A stretch of 64,000 nucleotides of DNA from Macrostomum lignano (lineage: Eukaryota), in contig NIVC01001645.1 in NCBI GenBank assembly GCA_002269645.1, positions 62,001-126,000 on the forward strand. The letters run 5' to 3'. The notes below the pieces were generated by a model. That model saw only the letters and a list, made by a program, of their open reading frames with translations. It was not told the DNA's origin and did not search any database. This document shows positions 26,689 to 37,542 of the stretch, piece by piece. The number at the start of each line of letters is the position of its first letter. Position 1 is the stretch's first letter. Both the position numbers and the translations under genes were made by a program.

Positions 26689-27669
26689 ATGTCGGCCGGC
26701 GAAAACCCAAAGAAGCAGACTGACATTGTGCGAACAGCTGCTGTTGCTTCAAAAGCTGAGCGCAAACTATTCCAGCACAGGGACCGCGACTTCCAGATCT
26801 GGAACGAGGCTGATCAAGAGAAGCCCGGCATAGCGGAGGCAGTTGATCAAGGCAAGGACAATGAGATACAGCTTGGTAATAGCGACAGTGCAGGCAACTG
26901 GCCGTGGTCATCGCAAAAAGTTACTAGCGGCAGTAGCGGCTGCTTTGAGCTGCCCCTGGTGATGCAGCGGCTCAATCCTGAAGCAAAAGACTTTCAGCCT
27001 ACAAATCCGGAACCGACAGAAGAGCGGCAGCACGGCATGGTGTCTAATCAGTTTGGCACATTCCTGTTGCCTCTGGCTAATCATTTAACACTTCTAGACG
27101 TGCGCCGGCCAAACCCGATGTGCAAAAATTGTCAGCAGAAGTCAGCGGAGGCTGCGACAACAACTGCACTATCAGCAGTGGCCAACACCAGTACCGAGGC
27201 CGACAAGCCGGCTCCGAACCAAGGCGACAAAGTGGCTCGGCTTCCCAACTCCAAATCGCCGCGATTCTCCAAGCTTGCCAGGCAAACTTCCTTGCAGTCA
27301 CCGCCGCCGCCGCCATCTGTAACACCAACACAGTCGCAGACGCCTACAGCTAAGGCTAGCAGCTCGCCAATTGCTGTAGTTCGACCTCAACCGCCAACTT
27401 CTTCAACTAGGCTGCCGCTTGCCTACAGCAGCAACTATCCAGCGCTGCAGGCGCCTGTACTCGCGCCTGGGCCAGCATTCGGGCCTGTGGCGGCCTGCTT
27501 TCCGCCTGTGGCTATGCTGGCTGTGCCGGCCAGACCGCACGGAGTCTTAATGACTGCAGCGCCTGGTTTTCACCATCCGCAGGCGGCTCAGCTGCAGTGG
27601 GTGCAGCTGCAAGCGGGCCAGCCTCCGCTAGCGATGCTGCATCCATTTGTTTGTCCCAGAACGCAGTGA
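26689..27669 (+). CDS. Intronless Pro/Ala/Ser-rich ORF (326 aa) with a PAM2-like PABP-binding motif
   Basis: Non-repetitive 981-bp ORF; LNPEAKDFQP at 26971-27000 fits PAM2 LNxxAxEFxP. CCAAT motifs (about 26333 and 26443) and TATA-like sequence (about 26588-26613) lie upstream. Confidence 0.7.
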   Translation: MSAGENPKKQTDIVRTAAVASKAERKLFQHRDRDFQIWNEADQEKPGIAEAVDQGKDNEIQLGNSDSAGNWPWSSQKVTSGSSGCFELPLVMQRLNPEAKDFQPTNPEPTEERQHGMVSNQFGTFLLPLANHLTLLDVRRPNPMCKNCQQKSAEAATTTALSAVANTSTEADKPAPNQGDKVARLPNSKSPRFSKLARQTSLQSPPPPPSVTPTQSQTPTAKASSSPIAVVRPQPPTSSTRLPLAYSSNYPALQAPVLAPGPAFGPVAACFPPVAMLAVPARPHGVLMTAAPGFHHPQAAQLQWVQLQAGQPPLAMLHPFVCPRTQ

Positions 27670-28740
27670 GGACTTTGTCCTGACGTAACTACAAATTGTA
27701 TGATCTGGTATTGTTTCTGTCTGATTTTTTACTGTTAAAAAGACAGTGAGGTCTTTCTTCGAATTTATGTTAAACTTAGTCTGCGGCGCCTTAAAAAATT
27801 AAGCTCTTTTTTTACCTAAAACTGTATAGTTGTGATTTTTCAATCTAAATGGTTCACACACTGTCATCATCAACTAAGCATTATTTTGCTATACATTTTG
27901 ATTTTTAATAATATTGATGCTTTTTAACGTAGTCTCAAGATAACAATATGCACACTCTGCAACAGCGAATCCCAACTCTAACCCCACAATGTCCCTCCAA
28001 TGAGTGCCCAAGAGAAAATGTGAGTAAGCAGGGTTTAGCTGCTGAGGATTATAATTCTAATTATTCCAAAATCTTATTCTTTTATAATAAAGCGTGTGCT
28101 TCTGACTCTGTTTGTGTCTATCACGTGCTGTTTATCTCTAAACATTTGACAACACAAACAAAATATTAGCGTGAATAACCAGCTTTTTCCAGTTTTAAAA
28201 GAAGATTCACTAATCCTTGTTTGTAGGATTTTATTACAAGAATATGTCATATATATTTGTCAAATCATGGCTGGCAAATGCTAACATTCTTAGCATAAAA
28301 ACAGTTTACTATTCACATAAATAATAAATAATTATTAGTGACAATATTACGATTAGTTAAATTAACAAAAACGAACAAGCACAACAAAAAATATGAAGCA
28401 AAACACGGTGCGGGTAACCATAATTTAACGCGACTCATCAAATCATATTATAATAAATTGATTTCCGAACATAGAAATTTTTATTTAATAGTAAAATTCT
28501 ACAGTAATTTCGAATAATTTAAGACTCTAAATACGAGTATAGCTCATACAGTAGTAGTTCTAGCACAAAATGCAGCTGTTAAAATTATACGATTATATCA
28601 TCCAACTTTACAGAGACAAAATGAGAGCAATTGCATTTTCAATAGCTAATAATTGATAAAGCTTTTGAAAAATGCTAAGAGGGTTTCTACTTGTCCGTAT
28701 AGTTTGGCTGTCGGAAACAATGGACCAAGATGAACAGACT

Positions 28741-30300
28741 TTATAATGCGGTGTGGTTGCCGCCACCCTTCTCTTGGGCCTTTATCATAGCCTGAATAGC
28801 CCTAGCTCTCATCTCCAGCTCCATAATCTTTAGCTGGCGTCGGGACATGCCATCCAACGACGGCTGCTGCCGAGGCGGCGGCTGCGGTGCCGGCTCGTCT
28901 TCAACGTCGGACAGGTCGACAACTTCGTTCAGGATGACGCTGTCAGCCTCAGCTTCTGCTACGCTGAAATTCAACAGCTTCACTTCTGCGCCGACTACAT
29001 CTTCTGACTCTTCGTTCGATACCGCAGCTTCTTCTGTCATTGAGTTCGGCTCCGCCTCAGCCTCCGCCTCAGCCTCAGCCTCCGCCTCAGCCTCCGTTTC
29101 TGATTCAACTGTCGCCTCGGAATCTGCTTCTGCCTGACCTTTTACTGACCATTCTACTTCAGATTTGGAGTCTGCAGTTGCAAACTCGATTGCTTTAGTA
29201 TCGTCATCAGCCTTATGGTCTGCCGCTACTTGAGCAGAGAGGGAAGCAGTGAATTTCGCCTCTGTCTGATCCTCAGTTGTTGTTGAATCTGCAGCGGCTA
29301 TCGGCGTGCTGTTGTTAGAAGCAGCTAAATTTGCTTCATCAACAACCGCTTTGGCATCCGCATCCGGTTTCTGCCCAGCGGCCAGAGATTCGTCAGTGTC
29401 AGACGAGCTGATTGACGCGGCGCTGTCGCCGGCTAAAATCCGTCGAATCCGTTTGGCCGACATGCCCTGCAGTAGCGGCAGGCAGCGATCGCGAAGTTTC
29501 GTCAACGGCCAACGTCGAAACTCTTCTGGTACAAGAGCGCGAAGCTGCTGACCCCGAGTGGCGCTGAACATCTGGTGCAGCATCTCCGCCCGGTCGTCCA
29601 GGTAGTCAGCGATCGGTCGCAGGGGCGGACAGCCGGGTTCGGAATTGGCTGCATCAGCATCGGAATCACTGTTCTCATAATGGCAAGGAGCGTTGGAAAC
29701 GGCGGCTACTGCTGAAGTGGCTGGAGAAGACGGCACTGAGGAGGCTGATGATACAGACGATGAAGCACTAGATGTTGAGACAGCGTATGAAGTTGCAAGG
29801 TTTTTAGGCGGCAATTCTTTTGAAGCTTTGCTCACTTTTGTCTTCTTAGAGGCTTTCAATTTTGCCTTTTTGGCCTTCTTATCCTTTTTCTTCTTCTTTT
29901 TCACTGTCTCCGCTTCAACACTGGACTTCTTAAGCTTCTTATGTTTTCTTGTAGCGTTCGAGGAATCAGAGTGAGACGAGTCATCCTCCAGCTGATGACT
30001 TCTACTCACTTTGTGCTTTTTCTTGTCTTTCTTCTTCTTTTTCTGCTTATCCTGGACCGCTATGGTCTTTCGTTTAGCTTCGGACTTCTGCTTGTGATGA
30101 TGCCGTGGCTTCTCTTTCTGCTTCGAGCTGCGCACCACGGCATCTCTTGAAGATGCTGAGGATTTTGACGACTCGCGCTGCTTCCTGCTAGAGACAAGAG
30201 CTGCCGAGGAAGATTCTATTCGCACCTGCTTCCGACTCTTGAGCGAGGGCTCAGCTATTGAAGCTGTCGATGGACGCTTGCCGCTACTGAACTGGTTCAT
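28741..30300 (-). CDS. caap1: Caspase activity and apoptosis inhibitor 1-like protein, intronless, 519 aa
   Basis: LRPIADYLDDRAEMLHQMF...LRDRCLPLLQGMSAKRIRRILAG and C-terminal MELEMRARAI match CAAP1 blocks. Lys/Ser-rich N-terminus and an (EA)n tract. True ATG at 30300 (the track starts at a TTG). Confidence 0.85.
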   Translation of the reverse strand: MNQFSSGKRPSTASIAEPSLKSRKQVRIESSSAALVSSRKQRESSKSSASSRDAVVRSSKQKEKPRHHHKQKSEAKRKTIAVQDKQKKKKKDKKKHKVSRSHQLEDDSSHSDSSNATRKHKKLKKSSVEAETVKKKKKKDKKAKKAKLKASKKTKVSKASKELPPKNLATSYAVSTSSASSSVSSASSVPSSPATSAVAAVSNAPCHYENSDSDADAANSEPGCPPLRPIADYLDDRAEMLHQMFSATRGQQLRALVPEEFRRWPLTKLRDRCLPLLQGMSAKRIRRILAGDSAASISSSDTDESLAAGQKPDADAKAVVDEANLAASNNSTPIAAADSTTTEDQTEAKFTASLSAQVAADHKADDDTKAIEFATADSKSEVEWSVKGQAEADSEATVESETEAEAEAEAEAEAEAEPNSMTEEAAVSNEESEDVVGAEVKLLNFSVAEAEADSVILNEVVDLSDVEDEPAPQPPPRQQPSLDGMSRRQLKIMELEMRARAIQAMIKAQEKGGGNHTAL

Positions 30301-30639
30301 TGCGGCAGCCAAAACAATAATCTAGAATGCTACTGTAAGTAGCCTAATTCGGATAGTGATGTATACGAATTCTCTTGCGATTTTTTTCTACCATTGGCTG
30401 GCTGGAAGCCGCCTTGTTAGCTGAAATGATTTCGGTAAATTGTTGAACTGTGTCTGCAATGGAAAAATACGCGGATAGTCAGATATTGTAAATCCATAGA
30501 ATCATGTTTTTATACTACTTGCAAAGTAGCTTATATAACCGATCTTTCAGCTACTTGAACAATGCTACAGTAAAAACTGAATGGTAGTTAAGGACCAATT
30601 AATTATGGGACGTTTTTAAGGTACAAAAGGTACAATTCT

Positions 30640-31662
30640 CATGGGGCAGTTAAGAGACGATTCTCATGGAGAAGTTAAGAGACGATTCTCATGGAGAAGT
30701 TAAGAGACGATTCTCATGGAGAAGTTAAGAGACGATTCTCGTGGAGAAGTTAAGAGACGATTCTCATGGGGCAGTTAAGAGACGATTCTCATGGAGAAGT
30801 TAAGAGACGATTCTCATGGAGAAGTTAAGAGACGATTCTCGTGGAGAAGTTAAGAGACGATTCTCATGCGGCAGTTAAGAGGACGAATCCCATGGGGTAG
30901 TTAAGGGGACGATTCTCATGGAGTAGTAAAGGGGACGAATCTCATGGGGTAGTTAAGGGGACGATTCTCATGGGGTAGTTAAGGGGACGAATCTCATGGG
31001 GTAGTTAAGAGACGATTCTCATGGAGAAGTTAAGAGACGATTCTCACGGGGTAGTTAAGAGACGATTCTCATGGAGAAGTTAAGAGACGATTCTCATGGA
31101 GAAGTTAAGAGACGATTCTCATGGGGCAGTTAAGAGACGATTCTCACGGGGTAGTTAAGAGACGATTCTCATGGAGAAGTTAAGAGACGATTCTCATGGA
31201 GAAGTTAAGAGATGATTCTCATGGGGTAGTTAAGAGGACGAATCTCATGGGGTAGTTAAGAGGACGAATCTCATGGGGTAGTTAAGAGGACGAATCTCAT
31301 GGGGTAGTTAAGAGACGATTCTCATGGGGTAGTTAAGGGACGATTCTCATGGGGCAGTTAAGAGACGATTCTCATGGAGAAGTTAAGAGACGATTCTCAT
31401 GGAGAAGTTAAGAGACGATTCTCACGGAGAAGTTAAGGGACGATTCTCACGGAGAAGTTAAGAGACGATGCTCATGGGGGCAGTTAAGAGGACGAATCCC
31501 ATGGGGTAGTTAAGCGGACGAATCTCATGGGGTAGTTAAGCGGACGAATCTCATGGGGTAGTTAAGCGGACGAATCTCATGGGGTAGTTAAGGGGACGAA
31601 TCTCATGGGGTAGTTAAGGGATGATTCTCATGAGGCAGTTAAGTGATGATTCTCATGGGGCG
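30640..31662. repeat. 25-bp minisatellite (GACGATTCTCATGGAGAAGTTAAGA)n
   Basis: Direct reading; related arrays at 34105 and 43815. Confidence 0.93.
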
Positions 31663-31922
31663 TCAGATTATCAAAAAGAAAAAAATAAATATTTCAGTTT
31701 GATTTAACAATTTATAAGTTTTAACTTTTAACATTTTGTACTATATTTAAATGGCTTGTAAATAAATATTTTTACAAAAAGTGGACGGAATGCACAGGAA
31801 AATCCTGTTAAATATCAGGCAGTAAAATCTGTTCAGCGTCAGGCCAGGTGGGTGAGGACTGACACGCACTAAAGCACAATAGATAGATCGAAAGACAGCC
31901 ATCAACAGAGCTGTTGCTTATC

Positions 31923-32880
31923 TCAGTCCTGACGTTGGAACAGCACCCGCTGCAGGTATTCGGCCTGACGCTGCTCCAGCTCCGCCTCCTGCTGCTGCGC
32001 TCGAGCTGCGGCCAACTCAGCGGCTAGCCGTCCGGCCGACCGACCGCGCTCGTCCAATCGGCGAGCCTGCTGCTCGCATTTGGCCAGCGCTGTTGCTAGG
32101 GACGCCTCCGCGTTGGCAAGCCGACTCTCGGCGGTTGTCAAGCTGGTCTCCAGGCGCTTGACTGAACGGCGTTCAGCGGCTAAGCGGCGTTCGAGAAGGC
32201 TGTACCGGGCCTGAATATCGGTGTGGGGATCAATGAGTGCCTGAATATGGGATCAGTGAGTGACTGAATATGGGATAAATGAGTGCCTGAATATGGGATC
32301 AATGACTGACTGAATATGGGATCAATGAGTGCCTGAATATGGGATCAGTGAGTGACTGAATATGGGATCAATGAGTGCCTGAATATGGGATCAATGACTG
32401 ACTGAATATGGGATCAATGAGTGCCTGAATATGGGATCAGTGAGTGACTGAATATGGGATCAATGAGTGCCTGAATATGGGATCAATGACTGACTGAATA
32501 TGGGATCGATGAGTGCCGGAATATGGGATCAATGAGTGCCGGAATATGGGATCAATAACTGACTGACTGAGTATGGGATCCATGAGTGCCGGAATATGGG
32601 ATCAATGAGTGCCTGAATATTGGTAGACTCTCGCCCTCCCCCTTGGTGCGAACTCACTAACCTGAGCTTCGTTAGCCGCCGTCTCAGCTTCCAAGCGGCA
32701 GCGCCGCTCCTCGGCCAACTCCATTTCGACCAGGGCCAGCCGTTCGGACACGGTCAGCGGCCGAGCCGATGACAGCTGCTGCTGCTGCTGCAAGGTGGCG
32801 GCCCCGACTGTATCTGTTGCTGAGCCGCCGCCTAACGATGAGGCGGCCGCTGTATCGAGAGACGCCAGGGCTGCGGCTGA
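31923..32880 (-). CDS. Coiled-coil protein of unknown family; exons 32880-32662 and 32210-31923
   Basis: Acceptor TTTCACTCAG at 32881, donor CAG|GTTAGT at 32661 and acceptor ATATTCAG at 32211, all phase 0. Heptad-rich sequence RLALVEMELAEERRCRLEAE...LERRLAAERRSVKRLETSL; TGA at 31923. No start exon found. Confidence 0.7.
32211..32620. repeat. 23-bp minisatellite (TGAGTGCCTGAATATGGGATCAA)n with a 92-bp four-unit higher-order repeat
   Basis: GATCAGTGAG variant at 32251, 32343 and 32435. Confidence 0.9.
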
Positions 32881-32979
32881 CTGAGTGAAACAAAATACCA
32901 AATAATCTGTGTATTACAACTGGACTGGCCACGGTATAAACTTGTTTTTTACAGACAAATCGGACGCATGGAATTGGGA

Positions 32980-33932
32980 TGATACTGGGGCTAGATGGAG
33001 CTTCAGCTGAGGATACTGGGCTAGATGGAGCTTCAGCTGAGGATACTGGGCTAGATGGAGCTTCAGCTGAGGATACTGGGCTAGATGGAGCTTCAGCTGA
33101 GGATACTGGGGCTAGATGGAGCTCCAGCTGAAGATACTGGGCTAGATGGAGCTCCAGCTGAGGATACTGGGCTAGATGGAGCTCCAGATGAGGATACTGG
33201 GGGCTAGATGGAGCTTCAGCTGAAGATACTGGGCTAGATGGAGCTCCAGCTGAGGATACTGGGCTAGATGGAGCTCCAGATGAGGATACCGGGGGCTGGA
33301 TGGAGCTCCAGCTGAAGATACTGGGCTAGATGGAGCTTCAGCTGAGGATACTGGGGCTAGATGGAGCTCCAGCTGAAGATACTGGGCTAGATGGAGCTCC
33401 AGCTGAGGATACTGGGCTAGATGGAGCTCCAGATGAGGATACTGGGCTAGATGGAGCTCCAGCTGAGGATACTGGGCTAGATGGAGCTCCAGATGAGGAT
33501 ACTGGGGGCTAGATGGAGCTTCAGCTGAAGATACTGGGCTAGATGGAGCTCCAGCTGAGGATACTGGGCTAGATGGAGCTCCAGATGAGGATACCGGGGG
33601 CTGGATGGAGCTCCAGCTGAAGATACTGGGCTAGATGGAGCTTCAGCTGAGGATACTGGGGGCTAGATGGAGCTTCAGCTGAGGATACTGGGCTAGATGG
33701 AGCTCCAGATGAGGATACTGGGCTAGATGGAGCTCCAGATGAGGATACTGGGCTAGATGGAGCTTCAGCTGAGGATACTGGGGGCTAGATGGAGCTCCAG
33801 ATGAGGATACTGGGCTAGATGGAGCTTCAGCTGAGGATACTGGGGGCTAGATGGAGCTTCAGCTGAGGATACTGGGCTAGATGGAGCTTCAGCTGAGGAT
33901 ACTGGGGCTGGATGGAGCTCCAGATGAGGATA
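32980..33932. repeat. 30-bp minisatellite (GAGGATACTGGGCTAGATGGAGCTTCAGCT)n
   Basis: Direct reading. Confidence 0.94.
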
Positions 33933-34104
33933 TAAAAGTACAAAATACAAACATAATAATAAACATTGTTAACGAGCATCTATTTGAACATTTATTCTTG
34001 AAAAGTACAGAGACAGAACAGAGACAGAGCAGGACGGAATTGGCAGAAATGTTTTAATAAAACAAGACAATATAATTCTTTATTTAAGCAATGCGCAGTT
34101 TTGA

Positions 34105-34512
34105 GACTATTCTCATGGGGAAGTTGGGGGGGTAGTTAAGAGGCAATTCTTATGGGGCAGCCGGGGAGTTAAGAGACTATTCTCATGGGGCAGTTGGGGG
34201 GTAGTTAAGAGGCAATTCTTATGGAGCAGTCGGGGAGTTAAGAGACTATTCTCATGGGGCAGTTGCGGGGTAGTTAAGTGGCGATTCTCATGGGGGCAGT
34301 TAAGAGACGATTCTCAAGGGGCATTCAAGAGACGATTCTCAAGGGGCATTCAAGAGACGATTATCATGGGGGGCAGTTAAGAGACTATTCTCAAGGGGCA
34401 TTCAAGAGACGATTATCATGGGAGGCAGTTAAGAGACGATTCTCATGGGGGGGCAGTTAAGAGACGATTCTCATGGGGGGGGGGGGTTAAGACACGATTC
34501 TCATGGGGCAGT
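34105..34512. repeat. Degenerate 25-bp GATTCTCATG-family minisatellite in the putative ZMYND15-like 3' UTR
   Basis: GAGACGATTCTCATGGGGCAGTTAA units; minus-strand AATAAA at 33996-33991 lies beyond it. Confidence 0.85.
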
Positions 34513-34519
34513 CAGTGTG

Positions 34520-37500
34520 TCAGGCAGGATACACCAGCTCGCTGATGAAGGCATTCGAATAGCTCGGCAAATCCAGCTGCTCGTTCGGCACTCGGATTGG
34601 CGATCTGAACGGATTAATCCGCTGAGGCGTCAGAGTCCCAATCCCTAATTTGTCGCACATCACGGCTGACAGCTCCATGCTGAACTCGCAATAGTCTGTC
34701 ACATAGGTGCGAATGGCCAGCTTCTGTGCAATGAAAATTTTATATGGGAGGGGTGTCAAGTTTATACACTACTGAAAGTAGGATAAATTAACTAACTAAT
34801 AATAAAAATTTACCTTTAGAAACTCCAGCGTCGCCGGCCAAGAGATGGAGGCGGCAAAACCGGCATTGAAAGCCACAATGAGGTCGGGTCTGGCTGGGCA
34901 CGAGCTCTCTTCATCACCACTGTCGGTAATGCCATCCTGATGCTTTTGATTCAACAGTCCGGCGGCTACCTGGTGGTAGAGGCCTCTGTACACTGAGACA
35001 CGAAATCTGCCGTCTAGCTCAGTGTGGACACTCTTGTGTACCGATGGGGACACTTCCTGGTTAGAGGAATGGCAAGGATAGTCAGTTGATACAGGACTTA
35101 CGTAGAACGGAAAACTTGCGTTTCCTAGAAAAGTTTTGAAGGCTGGTTTTACGCGAACACTGCAACACGGCACCAGAGATTGTTTTCCAGAGACAGAGAG
35201 AAATAGACATCTTTTATTGCTATATTGAGTTTTTTAAGACTTGTCACACAACCGGCGAGAGGCATTGCTGCCCATTCCGCCAACTCCCCTGAGCAGGCAC
35301 ACAAGCGCGCGGATACGTACGCAGTCATACGCACAGGCACACACTCACACAGGAGTGTACATCGGCCCTGACTTTATTTATCGTTAGGCATGTACACTTC
35401 ACTGTGCCTTGGGGGTTGGCCCTCAAGGGTGTTAGTTGCACGAGCAGAGCCAAGCCGAGATTTCAATTCAGTCTCAAATTTATGCGACTGCACTTGGAAT
35501 CGAGCCTGGGCCACTGGCACATCAGATCGCCGCGCTAGACCACAGGGCTACGGCTTCCCTTCAGACAAGCTTCAAAATAACTGTCTTTAACTTGAAGGGA
35601 ATAAATTACTGGTAGATTTAAATTGGGGGTTGGTTGTGGGGTGGAGGCGCAATAAGAACGAGAGACGGGGAAGAGACTGAGCACGTGACTGGGGTAAAAG
35701 GCACACAGACCAGGGGGCAGTAAAAATGAACGGTAGGAATATGCAGTTGAATTTTTGCGAACACACCTTGCCAACAAGCACCAGCCGGAAGCTGAACCCG
35801 GGCGCCAGTTTAGCCAGTTCGCACAGAGCCGGGATGAGTTCCACCTCCTTCTCGACGCCGATCAAGTGTACAACAATCCGACGAAGTTGACAAGGCCGAT
35901 TGTCACCGACTGTTGCAGTCAGCCGTTTGTAAGCGTCGGGAGCGTCAACGGGTAGCCGCTCGAACAGCAGGTGATAAAGCGTCAGCGGCCACTGCATGAG
36001 AACGCAGACTGGCGAGTCGACAGGCAGCCCCCGCATCTGATAATAATCCGACCAGCTGGATATTCGAGGCGGCGGCTCCGTTGCCGACACAGTTGACGGC
36101 GCCTCGACGAGAACGGCGGCCTCGTCTGGCAGCGCAAACGGATCCGGGTCTGGCGCCAGGTCGCCCGGAAGCGGCACGCCGCCGATATCTGCGTCGTTGT
36201 CGTCGTCGTCAAACGGATGCGGATGGACGCCCAGCCAGGCGTAGCACTCGCGGCGCCACATGCCCCGGCCGAGAAGGCCGCGCTCCAGCAGAAAGCGGGA
36301 CAGGCACTGCGGCGAGTACATAGACAATTAAGAGATTTGGGTGTCCATTTTGAGCTTTTGGGTGTCATTTTGAGATCTAGGTGTCAATTAAGGGATTAGG
36401 GAGCAAATTATGGGATTTGGATGTAAACTAGGGGATTTTGGTGTCAACTGAGGGTTTTGGGTGTCAATTAGGGGATTTAGATGTCACTTTTGGGATTTGG
36501 GTGTCAACTAGGGGATTTGGATGTTGTTGGGAAGAGAGGTTATTTCTGCGCATGTTTGTCAAGTAAAGATATTTATTTTCTTTATATTTTTTGGTTATTT
36601 TGATTAAAACGTACTTTGGTCAGCCCCAACCCCTGTTTTGAGTGTGCACGACACCCACCCCCCTATTACGTGGGTGCGGGTAGACGCTCAAAATATAAAG
36701 TTACGGTCTCCCGCTCCAGTGAGAGTGCATATGGTTTTTTGGTTGTGGCGTTTTGGCCTTTGGCCATAAAGACAATCTGCTTTTTTCTGAGGATTCAAGT
36801 TATTTTCATAACTGTAAAACAACGTAACAACAGGTGTCAATTAGGGGATTAGGGTGTCAATTAGGGGATTAGGGTGTCAATTAGGGGATATGGGTGTCAA
36901 TTAGGGGATATGGGTGTCAATTAGGGGATTAGGGTGTCAATTAGGGGATTTAGGTATCAATTAGGGGATTTGGGTGCAAATTAGGGGATTTGAGTCTCAA
37001 TTAGGGGATTTAGATGTCACTTTTGGGTTTTGGGGTGACGATTTTAAGATTTGGGTGTCAATTAGGTGATTAGGATGTCAATTTTTGGATTTGGGGTGTT
37101 GATTTTAGGATTTTGGCTGTCAATTAGGGGATCGAGGCGTTGAATCTGAGATAAGCTGCCAAATGAAAGATTAAAGCACCAAACTGGAGATTGCAGCGCC
37201 AAATTAAGGATCAACAAAGCCAAATAAAGGGTTGGGTATAATTCAGTGGATAATTCGATTTACCTGAGAATCAAAGGTATCAGCCGTAGTGACAGATGCA
37301 AAACCAAATGGCAGCTCAGCTAGCGCTGGGGCCCGCTGTCTGAACAGGCGCAGCCTGGCACACCAGGCTTTGTGTGCCAGGCCAGGGTTATCTGGCTGGT
37401 TGGCGTGCCGCCTCTGACAGGCTTCACTGCAATAATAGACACAGCGGCACTGGCTGCACTGCAGGGCGCTGCTTCGATTTAAGAGGCCTGCACAGGTGGA

Positions 37501-37542
37501 ACACTGTGCAAAGAAGGCTGATGAAAAAGGATTAGAGATCAT
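34520..37542 (-). CDS. zmynd15: MYND zinc-finger protein, ZMYND15/MSS51 family; exons 37542-37264, 36306-35767, 35056-34814, 34723-34520
   Basis: MYND finger CSTC..CSQC..YYCSEACQ..HKAWC, then ELPFGFA..TFD, WSDYYQMRGLPVDSP, WPLTLY, RPDLIVAFNAGF and NPFRSP..SNAFI. All junctions are phase 0 GT-AG. The 5' end is uncertain. Confidence 0.85.
36335..37135. repeat. Two blocks (36335-36530, 36835-37135) of a degenerate 20-bp minisatellite (GGGTGTCAATTAGGGGATTA)n
   Basis: Direct reading; intronic. Confidence 0.85.

Noticed and set aside
30640-33932. 25-30 bp direct repeats superficially like CRISPR arrays
   Set aside because: Units are contiguous with no unique spacers, there are no cas genes, and the context is a spliced eukaryotic genome.
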